NCBI RefSeq assembly: GCF_006345805.1
Contig: NC_043008.1
Span: 11,532,001-11,596,000 of the forward strand
Length of the DNA: 64,000 nucleotides
Source of the DNA: Octopus sinensis
Taxonomy: Eukaryota
Direction: 5' to 3'
How positions within the stretch are numbered: position 1 is the stretch's first letter; the number at the start of each line of letters is the position of its first letter. A program made the translations under genes and the position numbers. The notes under the pieces were generated by a model that made no database searches, was not told the origin of the DNA, and worked only from the letters and a program-made list of their open reading frames with translations. Shown here piece by piece: positions 26,891 through 38,260 of this stretch.

Positions 26891-27167
26891 CTCTCCAAGG
26901 TATTTTATAAATCCTCCCTGCCTATTTTCCTCGCTTACAGCCTTGTGGTAAGAGAGTAGTAATCTAAGTGGTTCCTAGACCATGTCGGGTCTTCTTTTAA
27001 CAGACTGACGTTGTAAATATTCAATGCCTTTATAGTAATTTTATTTAAGCCCCCTTCTTCCTAGCTCTCCTGTCTGAACTACCTTTGTCCAGTCAGCCGC
27101 CATGATTTACCGCTAGCTCCAAAGGATGTTTTTATTCTCTTCTCTCTCTGTTTATTTCATCGCGCTC

Positions 27168-27203
27168 CATTCTGCTGAAGAGCGTAGACTCGAAACGTAA
27201 AAG
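27168..27203 (+). ncRNA. Minimal hammerhead-like motif (helix III ACGT family) in repeat 27135-27298
   Basis: CATT-CTGCTGA-A-GAG-CGTAGA-CTC-GAAA-CG-TA-AAAG; repeat ends ...AATTTCAAC-(TA)n. Confidence 0.6.
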
Positions 27204-27759
27204 ACTTTCTCACCTTCCCGAGTGTTAAACTAATACATCTGTTTATTGTTTGTACACCTGTCTTCGTCTTTTGTTTTGTTTACAAATTTCAACTATATAT
27301 ATATATATATGATTTATTGTTTTTTTTTGTTATAATAAAAACAATTTTACATTAAATCTGCAGTATTATTGAGTACTTTTACTGGAGTTCAAATTTATTA
27401 TTCTTTAACGAAAATGTGTGTACGTATCCGTGTGCATGTGTGTGTGTGTGCATGTGTGTGTGTGTGTTTCGCAATCAAAAGATAGGAGAATATTCGTTGT
27501 CCGTATTTTCGTACTGTATAATGGTAATCCGGCTCAGGTGTTCGTGCGCTTCTAGTTCAAATGTACTGGATGATCTGCGGAAAAGTCTGAGAAGTAATGA
27601 ATATATCCTGCAATAATCATGTTGCAGCTGCTGTAAGCTGTGTGAATCATTTTTTCAGAAAGTTGTGAGGGAGTCAATGCGGTCTTGGCTGACATTTGCA
27701 TAATTATTGATTAAATTTGCCGTGATTCCAATCTCATACTTTGGTTCATTTGTAATATA

Positions 27760-27799
<40 letters not shown>

Positions 27800-27844
27800 A
27801 TATATATATATTATATATAATATATATATATATATATATAATAT

Positions 27845-27926
<82 letters not shown>

Positions 27927-27964
27927 GTATGTATATATATGTATATATATTATATATATATATG

Positions 27965-28051
<87 letters not shown>

Positions 28052-28518
28052 TAATAAATCTCTTGTAGTGTAATTTCCTGTGCAGTCTTATGTTTTCTCA
28101 GCAGTACAATCTGAGGTTATTTTTCATTTCATGTTTCGTTATTCTTTCCTGGTTTGATGTTATTTTCAACAAACAGTAGTGTTGTGTAGATTATGAGGTT
28201 GCAACAATAAAATTAACTGACTTTGCGTCAATAGTAACTCATGAGATGAAGCTAAATCGAAAGATCTAGATTTCCATGAGGACACATCAGGCACAAGTTC
28301 CGTAATTAGTTTCGGTGGCTCATTGGAAGAGAATTCTTCCATTTCACTTCATTCATATTCTTCCATTTTAGTTCATTCATACAGACATAAGTTTATAGTG
28401 TAGACTGGTGGTCCCTTATGTACATCTACATGTAGACATAAACATATACATATAAAAATATACACGTCAGTAAACATATATAATATATATATATATATAT
28501 ATAATATATATATATATA

Positions 28519-28549
<31 letters not shown>

Positions 28550-28649
28550 GATATATATATATATATATATATATATTCATATATATATATGTTTGTACAC
28601 CTGTCTTCGTATTTTGTTTTGTTTGCAAATTTCAACTATATATATATTA

Positions 28650-28691
<42 letters not shown>

Positions 28692-29700
28692 CATACATAT
28701 GCATATGTGTGTCTGTATGCGATAAACTTGTGTGTATATATATGTATTTATATGTATATAAATGAATAAATGAATGAGAATGTAGACGAGTGTGTGAAAA
28801 TTAAATGAATGTGTATGTAGATGAGTGTGTGTATGTACACATACATTTGCATGTGTATTTGTGTGTGTAAACAAGAAAGACATAGAGCTAATCAGGACCA
28901 TTTTTACTTTTATCTTAGCGAAATATTTAATCATTGAATATGTACAATTATTCAAGAGAGAATTGATGTTATGAATTGATGTTTATGTGAATTAACAACT
29001 TGAAGATTATTTTAGCAGACGACAGAACACTTAAAAGTTACAAAAGATACCACTACTATAAATGTTTAATAACTTTGCTATGATACATATTCCGGTGTGA
29101 TGCTCTGGGATATATTTCTGAGGAAACACTAGATGAGAGAAAATAATTTCTTTACACCTGCTAAACATTTCTTTCTGAAGATGCGGCGTTTCATACATTC
29201 TATATTATTCCATATACGTTCACTAACAGAATTCAACTTCATGTATATTCATATACAACGCTTAGTAGTAAATATTTTCCCTTTATGTCCATTCTGTTCT
29301 CTATCAGGTTTCATTATGAACGTTCCGTATATTTTCAACATAACCATATAAAACCACTACAAATGTCTTCTAGGATGTTCTTGTGTTTTTCTTTTTTTTA
29401 TCTGTGATAGAAGTACATGAACATTCAGGTTATCTACTTATCTATGAAGAACTGCTGTCAGATGAAGCTTTCTTGATTTTCCTGCAATTCTTTTAATTAT
29501 ACACGCTAACTCGCACATATACAAACACATAGGCAAACACGTACATATACATATGTATTTATAATCACTCCTGTTGAAGTATTTGTTGCATTGCACGTTC
29601 GACGTCCGATATAACGGGATAATAATAAAAATAATTAATAAATCTCCGAACGAGATGTAAACAGTAACCGCTCGACAACGTAAAGTGTACAAGCCATCTA

Positions 29701-29860
29701 AATGTGGCTAGCCACTGGGGTGGGTGTTACTGAAGCTTTTAGCCCCAGGAGATCGTCATCTCCAGCTGGCTTTATAAAGTGTGTCTAAGGCCAGCTGGAG
29801 ACGACGATCTGCTGGGGCTAAAAGCTTCAGTAACACCCACCCCCAGTGGCTAGCCACATT
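29701..29860. repeat. Palindrome (~70-bp arms) made from the 3' end of the 47310-47550 family
   Basis: 29701-29770 is the reverse complement of 29790-29860; GGTGTTACTG.AGCTTT.TAGCCCCA.GAGATC.TC.TCTC.AGCTGGCTTTA also at 47335-47385. Confidence 0.9.
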
Positions 29861-29925
29861 CAAATAATAATAGTGTTCTCGCAAATCGTTCTACTCAAGA
29901 CACTGGTAATAACCCTCAACAATAT

Positions 29926-30775
29926 AATACTATTTCTTTACTACCCACAAGGGGCTAAACACAGAGCGGACAAACAAGGACAGACAGACGGATTAAGTCG
30001 ATTACATCAACCCCAGTGCCTAGCTGGTGCTTATTTAATCGACCCCGAAAGGATGAAAGGCAAAGTCAACCTCGGTGGAATTTGAACTCAGAACGTAACG
30101 GCAGACGAAATACCTATTTCTTTACTACCCACAAGGGGCTAAACACAGAGAGGACAAACAAGGACAGACAGACGGATTAAGTCGAATAAATCGGCCTTAG
30201 TACGTAGCTGGTACTTATTTAACCGACCCCCGAAAGGATGAAAGGCAAAGTCAACCTCGGCGGAATTTGAACTCAGAACGTAACGGCAGACGAAATACCT
30301 ATTTCTTTACTACCCACAAGGGGCTAAACACAGAGAGGACAAACAAGGACAGACAGACGAATTAAGTCGATTATATCGACCCCAGTGCGTAGCTGGTACT
30401 TATTTAATCGACCCCGAAAGGATGAAAAGCAAAGTCAACCTCGGCGGAATTTGAACTCGGAACGTAACGACAGACCAAATACGGCTACGCATTTCACCCG
30501 TTTCTGCCAGCTCACCGCCTTTTTTTTAATGTATTAATATACCTATTTCTTTATTACCCACAAGGGGCTAAACACATAGGGGACAAACAAGGTCAGACAT
30601 AGGTATTAAGTCGATTACATCGACCCCAGTGCGTAACTGGTACTTAATTTATCGACCCCGAAAGGATGAAAGGCAAAGTCAACCTCGGCGGAATTTGAAT
30701 TCGGAACGTAACGACAGACGAAATACCGCAAAGCATTTCGCCCGGTGTGCTAACGATTCTGCCAACTCGCCACCT
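29926..30775 (-). mobile_element. Tandem array of four SINE-B units
   Basis: Repeat boundaries TATTTCTTTA(C/T)TACCC near 29931, 30115, 30300 and 30544; period 184-185 bp for the truncated units. Confidence 0.92.
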
Positions 30776-31269
30776 TATTATGTATGAATATACCTTACTG
30801 GTTTCCACAGTGGTATTATTTATTCGTGCATTTATTTTCTCCTTGAATAGGAAGAGCGAAATGGAAAACAAATAAGAGAAAAACAATAAATAAGACAAAT
30901 TTCCATAGCAGTAAAACATAGTTTTCACAGCAAAATTATATATTAAAAATACAAGTTTCATTTTCATAAGAAATGATGCAAAGCTAAAACGTTCGATAAA
31001 TTTCATAGTAATTTAACATAATAGAAATTTGAAAGTTCAGTATGTTTCATTCCAATAAATTCTGTTAGCAATTCGATATGATGAAGATTTTAAAGTAGGA
31101 AAAAATCCTTTTGACCAGCTTTTCCGTGATGTGTGAAGCAGAATTTCTTGTGTTTTACGTTAGTCATTCGAATGTGAAAGGTTAATTATTTTCCATACAA
31201 TATTGCATTGTACGTAGATTTTAAGTTATCGGTTCAACTTCTAGTTTGGTGCACATAAAAAGTCTCCAC

Positions 31270-31430
31270 TTGATTTTTCCGTCTGTGGCGTAGCATTTTG
31301 ATTGGCCGACTGCCTGTGGACCTCATTTGCTTATCGTACGTTCTGGTCACATGCTACTGTGAAACAATACTAACAACGTTCCGGATGGCTGGGTCCCACG
31401 AGATGCTACTTCATCTTCAAATGCCACTGC
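31270..31430 (+). pseudogene. Possible mariner transposase fossil
   Basis: TGGGTCCCACGAGATGCT reads WVPR(D/M)L, like the mariner WVPxxL motif; upstream LSYVLV resembles ISYGSV; frameshifted. Confidence 0.3.
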
Positions 31431-31826
31431 CTGATCTATATTTTATAGTAGCACATGCTTTTCTCCCCCTACCCCCCTCTCTCTCTCTCTCTTTTTCTCT
31501 CTCTCTCTTTCTTGCCTTATGGAGATCCGGTTTTAACTAAAAGCATGTAGAATTAAAGATTTTTCGACAGTATTACTTCACACCGCTCTAAGATTGAATT
31601 ATTTTAAATGCTTATTAGGTTGACCGCGACAAATAAACAACTACCCAGAACAATGGAATGCTATTGATATATGCGCGTGTGTATGTGTGTGTGTGTCTGC
31701 ATGTGCGTGAGTATATACATTTTAGATTGATATTTATACATTTTTCTTTCATAGATAATCACCCTTGCATTCATGTACTGTATTAAAAAAATGATTATGT
31801 TTACATATTATGCACTCTACGATATA

Positions 31827-32212
31827 GGAGGCGGAATGGCCCAGTGGTTAGGGCAGCGGACTCGCGGTCATAGGATCGCGGTTTCGATTCCCAGACCGGG
31901 CGTTGTGAGTGTTTATTGAGCGAAAACACCTAAAAAGCTCCACGAGGCTCCGGCAGGGGATGGTGGTGATCCCTGATGTACTCTCTCACCACAACTTTCT
32001 CTCACTCTTTCTTCCTGTTTCTGTTGTACCTGTATTTCAAAGGGCCGGCCTTGTCACTCTCTGTGTCACGCTGAATATCCCCGAGAACTACGTTAAGGGT
32101 ACACTTGTCTGTGGAGTGCTCAGCCACTTACACGTTAATTTCACGAGCAGGCTGTTCCGTTGATTCGGATCAACCGGAACCCTCGTCGTCGTAACCGACG
32201 GAGTGCTTCCAC
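31827..32212 (+). mobile_element. SINE family C, full length, young
   Basis: tRNA-like head with A and B boxes; 13-bp TSD CACTCTACGATAT at 31813-31825 and 32213-32225. Confidence 0.93.
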
Positions 32213-32282
32213 CACTCTACGATATGTATAACACACTCGCTAGGACGATGTATTATATATTCTTTCATTCTGTTCTTCTTTA

Positions 32283-32450
32283 ACTCGTTTCAGTCATTTG
32301 ACTGTGGCCTTGCTGGAGCACCACCTTAAAGGACTTTATACGAAGACGTCGACTCCAGGACTTATTCTTTGTAAGCCTAGTACTTATTTTATCGGATTCT
32401 TTTGCAGAACCACTAAGTTACAGGGGATATAAACACACCAGCAACGGTTG
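32283..32450 (-). mobile_element. SINE family A, 3' half
   Basis: GTTTCAGTCATTTGACTGTGGCC..GGACTTATTCTTTGTAAGCCTAGTAC. Confidence 0.8.
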
Positions 32451-32654
32451 ACAATTTTAATTAACTTTATAATCAAGCCAAACACATACACTATCGCGCG
32501 TACACAAGCACACATATACACATAAAGACACACGCACACATTCCTACACATTCAAGTAAACGCACACCCACGTACAGGCCCACGCGCACATACACACTCA
32601 CACACACACACACACATACGCATTCATATATGTATATATCTTTTATCTCATAGC

Positions 32655-32830
32655 TGTTTTCATGTCAGTAGACTGCAGCCATGCTGGAGCACCGTCTTGA
32701 AAGAATTTTGTTTAGCCTGGTACTTATTATGTCGGTCTGTTTTCCCTAACATTTAAACTTTGAGGAGGTAAACACACCAACACCGGTTGTCAAGATGTGA
32801 TGGGCGTCAAACACGGAAACAAAGACACAC
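32655..32830 (-). mobile_element. SINE family A, diverged 3' half
   Basis: GACTGCAGCCATGCTGGAGCACCG..CACACCAACACCGGTTGTCAAG. Confidence 0.65.
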
Positions 32831-32864
32831 ACACTCATTCACTTTCTCCCTCTATCTCTCTCTG

Positions 32865-32905
<41 letters not shown>

Positions 32906-32910
32906 CATAG

Positions 32911-33065
32911 ACGCAGGAGTGGGTAAGTAGCTTGCTAACCAACCACATGGTTCCGGGTTCAGTCCCACTGCGTGGCATCTTGGGTAAGTGTCTTCTGCTA
33001 TAGCCCCGGGCCGACCAATGCCTTGTGAGTGGATTTGGTAGACGGAAACTGAAAGAAGCCTGTCG

Positions 33066-33103
<38 letters not shown>

Positions 33104-33305
33104 GTGTGTTTGTGTGTCTGTGTTTGTCCCCCTAGCATTGCTTGACAACCGATGCTGGTGTGATTACCCCGTTCGGCAAAATAGACCGATAGAATAAGTA
33201 CTGGGCTTACAAAGAATAAGTCCCGGGGTCGATTTGCTCGACTAAAGGCGGTGCTCCAGCATGGCCGCAGTCAAATGACTGAAAACAAGTAAAAGAGTAA
33301 AAGAG
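32911..33305 (+). mobile_element. SINE family A, full length (small box A deletion)
   Basis: Matches consensus. Confidence 0.9.
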
Positions 33306-34210
33306 AGAGTAATGAGTATACCTGTGTACGTGTGTTTGTGTGCGTGTATGAAGGGAATGCAACTCGTGTGATTTACTATTTCAAGGGACATACCATTTCA
33401 CATTATAATCATTTTAATCCACATCCACCAAATATGCTAATATTACAAACTTATACATTAGTGCCAGTTGCCTAAGTTTCCCTTTTAACTTAATCTTAAT
33501 TTCAAATTAGACAGCTTTAAGGATAATTCTTAATCATCTTACCTTCATAGCATTCCGTAGACATCGAGCACCAAATTAATTATCTCCCGTTATTCGAATA
33601 TGTTCCTAATCCTCTTCATTTTCTTCTCAACCTCGACGTTACATCGTCCTCTTCTCCTTCATTTTCTAAAACCTTTTCATATATTCTCAGCCTGACCACA
33701 CATTAGGTCGCTGCTCACAAGTCACTGTTGGTTCGCTTCTTTTTTTCCCTATATCTTCTTTGTTATTTATTTTAAAGTCTCGCATTCATCACAGAACATA
33801 TTAGTTTGTCTTATTTAAAATCTCTTTTCCTTCTTACTTACACAGTATCTTCGAAACACTATCCTTTCTATTTATTTAAACATATATTCGTCATGTCTAT
33901 TTTCTATTACAAATGTAGATTTCTTTCTTTCTTTCTTTCTTTCTTTTTGCTTTTGAAGATTTATTAACACAACAATTAATGATTCATATTTCAACATTGC
34001 ATTGTAGTCTGTTTGCATTGCTAAATGTTCATATGTCTTTTTCCTTCAAGTAATTTAATATATTACGCCTGAATTTATTTGGCCATTTCAGCTCCGAAAA
34101 GTGATTGCTTCTAACTCAGCAGACTTCATCTTTCTTTCTCTCTCTCTCCCTCTCTCTCTCTCTCTCACTCACTCTCTCTCTCTTTTTCTCTCTGTATATA
34201 TATGTATATA

Positions 34211-34255
<45 letters not shown>

Positions 34256-34521
34256 TATATCTATACAATATGTTACATTACTCGGTAGTCAAGATAAAAC
34301 TCTGAGTTTCAGATGCCGAAGTGGAAATCCACAACACCATCTCTTCGGTTATCTGGCTATTTGAAAACGTTATGAAAAAATACCGTTAAAAATGAAGGGA
34401 AATTACTCTGTTATAACTCTGCTTTGCCTGCGTACTTATACATCGCTCGCATTTTTCGTCATAAAAATTATATAAAAATACATAAAAATATATAAAAATA
34501 TAATACAAATATAATACAGCT

Positions 34522-35582
34522 AATACAAATGGACCAGCACAAGATCGTTTTAGGAAGGATATTATCCAGTTAATGAAACACTTCGGACTTAGTATAACTA
34601 TAGACACTAACCTGACGGTTGTCAATTTCTTAGACGTTTCCTTAGATCTTAATAATAATATTTATAAGCCTTATAGGAAGCCCAATGATAGACTAAGTTA
34701 TATTAATGTAGGTTCATGCCATCCCCCTATAGTATTCAAAAATTTAGTTTAAAATATTAGTAAGAGGATTTCTAGCCTCTCATCTAATGAGGACATCTTC
34801 AATAGCGTTGCCCCAGTTTATAATAAAGCTTTAAATGATAGTGGTTTTAGCGAAAAAATAAAATATACACCTATCACCAGCCCAACAGTAAGGAAAAGGA
34901 ATAATAGAAATAGGAAGGTCATCTGGTTTACGCCCCCTTACTCACCCGAGGTGGCCTTCAATATAGGTAAATATTTCCTAGCACTGATAGATAGACATTT
35001 TCCAGTTAACCATGCTTATAGGAAACTCTTCAATAGACACAATTTAAAAATTAGTTTTAGTTCAACTACCAATTTTAAAAACATAATCAATCATAACATA
35101 CAAAAAACACAAGAAGAAAACAGCTGTTCATGCAGGAATAAAGAATTGTGCCCGCTAAATGGAGCTTGCATGTCCAAGACCATCATATATGAAGCTACCG
35201 TAAACTCTATAACCACTAAAGACACCGTTTCGACGAAGAAATACGTGGGCCTGACAGAGGGTAATTTCAAGGCCAGGTTCAATAACCACACTTTGAGCTT
35301 TAGGCACTGGAACAAAAGAAAAGCGACACAATTATCCAATCATATTTGGTCTTTAAGAGATAAAGGTGTCGATTATAACATACAATGGAAGATTTTGGCC
35401 AGATGTAAGCCCTACACTAACGGCAGCGGAAGGTGCGGTTTATGCGACATGGAGAGATGGCTTATCTGGAAAAGCAGCTTAGACATACCACATGTCTAAA
35501 TACAAGGACAGAGCTTTTCGGATCATGCCCACATGTGACTAAATTTCTGTTACGTTTTTGGTCCCCTAAAGAAAACGGATAG
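34522..35582 (+). pseudogene. PLE ORF remnant: RT C-terminus/thumb, Cys-rich linker, GIY-YIG endonuclease
   Basis: NFLDVSLDL..YRKPND..SCHPP..(one in-frame stop)..VIWFTPPYS..CSCRNKELCPLNGAC..IIYEAT..KYVGLTEGNFKARFNNH..RCGLCDME; after a frameshift near 35495 continues LNTRTELFGSCPHVTKFLL. Confidence 0.9.
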
Positions 35583-35777
35583 AACATGCTTTCTGTGTTA
35601 CGTCCCAAGAAGATTTTATATATTTTTTATATATTTTTTATATATTTTTATGTATTTTATATAATTTTTATGACGAAAAATGCGAGCGATGTATAAGTAC
35701 GCAGGCAAAGCAGAGTTATAACAGAGTAATTTCCCTTCATTTTTAACGGTATTTTTTCATAACGTTTTCAAATAGCC

Positions 35778-35840
35778 AGATAACCGAAGAGATGGTGTTG
35801 TGGATTCCCACTTCGGCATCTGAAACTCAGAGTTTTATCT
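35778..35840 (+). ncRNA. Hammerhead-like motif in PLE 3' pseudo-LTR (mirror copy near 34290-34352, minus)
   Basis: AGATAA-CCGAAGA-GATG...CATC-T-GAAA-CTCAGAG-TT-TTATCT; U4C and a GUU cleavage triplet. Confidence 0.6.
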
Positions 35841-35936
35841 TGACTACCGAGTAATGTAACATATTGTATAGATAAATTTCCTCTATTTACATAATATTGA
35901 GGTCCCTTTCTTTCTTTTGTTATCTTACCGTTTTAT

Positions 35937-35979
<43 letters not shown>

Positions 35980-35984
35980 AATGT

Positions 35985-36200
35985 AAAAAAATACAAACTG
36001 GGACAAGAACGTGAAACATTTAGAAGACGATACAAAGAACACGGGCGGGACATTCGAAGCCTTCAATCTTCAGTCAAGAACCGGATCATCTTCGCAATGA
36101 CCCTGCTTGATGCTGATATTACGGTAATTTCAACGAACTCGGCGATCTACTGTTTCAAAGCAGTCAATTATTTTCATGACTGTATTTTAGTTAAGGCTAT
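35985..36200 (+). pseudogene. GIY-YIG fragment of another PLE
   Basis: YKLGQERETFRRRYKEHGRDIRS..IFAMTLLD resembles YIGQTxRxFxxRxKEH..FAxHLL. Confidence 0.5.
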
Positions 36201-36336
36201 TTATTTCATGTCTGTCCAGAGTTCCCTCTCTTAGGTATTTTCCATTGACATCGACTAAAGAGCTAGATATATGTCTGGGAATCCTGTTAGATACTGTGTC
36301 TTTCCTGGGTAGATATGGTGTGTTTGTAAATTTTTA

Positions 36337-36679
36337 GAGAAGCATGGCTCAGTGGTTAGAGCAATAGGCTCACAATAATGAGGTAGTATGTTAGATTCCT
36401 GGAACAGGGTCTGTGTTGTGTTCTTGAGCAAGACACTTTATTTCACATTGCTCCAGCTTAATCAGCTGTAGAAATGAGTTGCGATATCACTGGTGCCAAG
36501 CTGTATTGGCCTCTGCCTTTCACTTGGATAACACCAGTGGCGTGAAGAGTGGAAATCCGTATGCACGGGCGACTGCTAATCTTCCGTAACCGACCATGAC
36601 CAGATTTGCGCCTGGAAGTAGAACTTTCTATCTAGGTGCATCCCAAAATCATTCATGACTGAAGGAGGTCTTTACCCTC
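36337..36679 (+). mobile_element. tRNA-derived CORE-type SINE (older subfamily related to family D)
   Basis: TGGCTCAGTGG box A, GTTAGATTCC box B-like, TGTGTTCTTGAGCAAGACACTT CORE-like segment. Confidence 0.75.
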
Positions 36680-36815
36680 AACACCTATTTATTACTAGAG
36701 AGAATTTTCCTCCACAGTACATGCAGAGAATTTGCCTTTTAGCAGTTGGAATATGTCTCAAACATATTTTAACTAACATAAACTTGGTCTGTATATACAT
36801 ACATATATATATATA

Positions 36816-37043
36816 CTTTATTTAAAGCAGCAGAAACTTCAACAAAATCTGTTACTCTGAGTTTCTCGTTGCCGTTCATCAGACAGTTTTCTAACAAAAA
36901 CTGTCTGATGAACGGCAACGAGAAACTCAGAGTAACAGATTTTGTTGAATTTTCTGCTGCTTTAAATAAAGCATATTACTCTACCACTGGTATTTGAGTA
37001 CTCTCTTTTTCCACCTTGTTTCACATTTATGTGTTTACTCCGG
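36816..37043 (+). mobile_element. Fold-back PLE pseudo-LTR remnant, same family as 20179
   Basis: Arms 36816-36890 and 36896-36971; long arm runs to TACTCCGG-(TA)n. Confidence 0.85.
36901..36938 (+). ncRNA. Minimal type I hammerhead with canonical core (mirror copy 36849-36886, minus)
   Basis: CTGT-CTGATGA-A-CG-GCAA-CG-A-GAAA-CTCAGAG-TA-ACAG. Confidence 0.7.
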
Positions 37044-37047
37044 TATA

Positions 37048-37098
<51 letters not shown>

Positions 37099-38260
37099 TG
37101 TGTGCGTGTGTGTGTCTGTGTATCGACCAGAAAATAATATCACTTACTGAAAATGCATCGAGTAGCTCCTTAGCACTTAAGAAAATTTTCATTAATCATG
37201 TTCGCTATAATTACTACAATGCTGGTACTCAAATCATTCTTGAAATATTTTCTTTTCTTTTCCAAAATTCGTAATACGCATCTTTCCAAATTGTCCCCTT
37301 CGTTTATTAATAACGCATCTTTCAGTTGAATGATATACATCATTCACATAGTAGAATCTTTTGGCTGTAAAAACCAAATCATTTAACGCATCCTTATATA
37401 TCTCTTTTCATGTATGTTTGTATATATATATATGTACTTGTATAAGAGATATATGCATATGTATATGTATATGTATATATATATATATTATATATATATA
37501 TATATATATAATATATATATATATATGTATTTATGTATGTATGCATGTATGTATATATGAATGTATGTATGTGTGTGCATGCGCCTATATATCTGTGTAA
37601 TTGTGTGTGTGTTTCATTACCTGCAAATCATTACTCGAAATACCAAATGATTCTATTACATGCATGATTATTTTGTTATGACTCAGTGAAAGAAAGAGAA
37701 ATTTAATGCTCTTTTGAGCAGAGATTTGGTTATCAGTGGATGAAATTAAATTATGTAAAATTGGGCGAATTTGCATAATTTAATGTTGCCATTTTCATTG
37801 AGTCAAGCAGTAACGAGAATAACGTTATTTTGTAAATGAAAATTGATCTAGATCTAGAAAATTGATCTAGATCTAGAAAAAAGTGTCTAAGTCATATGTA
37901 TTCTCTATAATCGCTACTGCTAGGGTTCGCGAATCTGTTGGCTTACTCAGAAAACAGCTTATGGTCCTAGAATGGAAAGTAAAGCTTCAATATTCGGAAA
38001 CATTTCACTGTGTAATCTTTGTCTAATTCATTCCGTACTTAGATAGAAAAGTTGAACCGTATTATACTAAGTGAATTATTTTATATTAGAGTTATTACTT
38101 GTAAAGAACGAAAAATTAATATCAAAGTTATTAGTGAAATATCTTATGTATATTGCCCGGCCTTCACAATTAAACTGAGAGTAGTGATATGTATCTACAT
38201 TTAGGCTGTTGTGACATCTTCGCTGGCATATATATTTTCATATATATATATATATATATA

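Larger units (their letters stand above)
34257..35874 (+). mobile_element. 5'-truncated Penelope-like element with inverted pseudo-LTRs (~245 bp)
   Basis: 34257-34503 is the near-perfect reverse complement of 35635-35874; these flank an RT C-terminus plus GIY-YIG ORF. Confidence 0.92.

Noticed and set aside
29926-30520. Regularly spaced repeats resembling a CRISPR array
   Set aside because: 184-185-bp units with no unique spacers; eukaryotic SINE sequence
31827-31900. tRNA-like heads as true tRNA genes
   Set aside because: A and B boxes are present but no complete cloverleaf; they continue into SINE bodies
31909-32163. 84-aa ORF conserved between 31909(+) and 46592(-)
   Set aside because: Lies within two young copies of a Pol III SINE; conservation reflects recent retroposition
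37840-37880. Tandem AAATTGATCTAGATCTAGA duplication
   Set aside because: Two-unit slippage with no further structure
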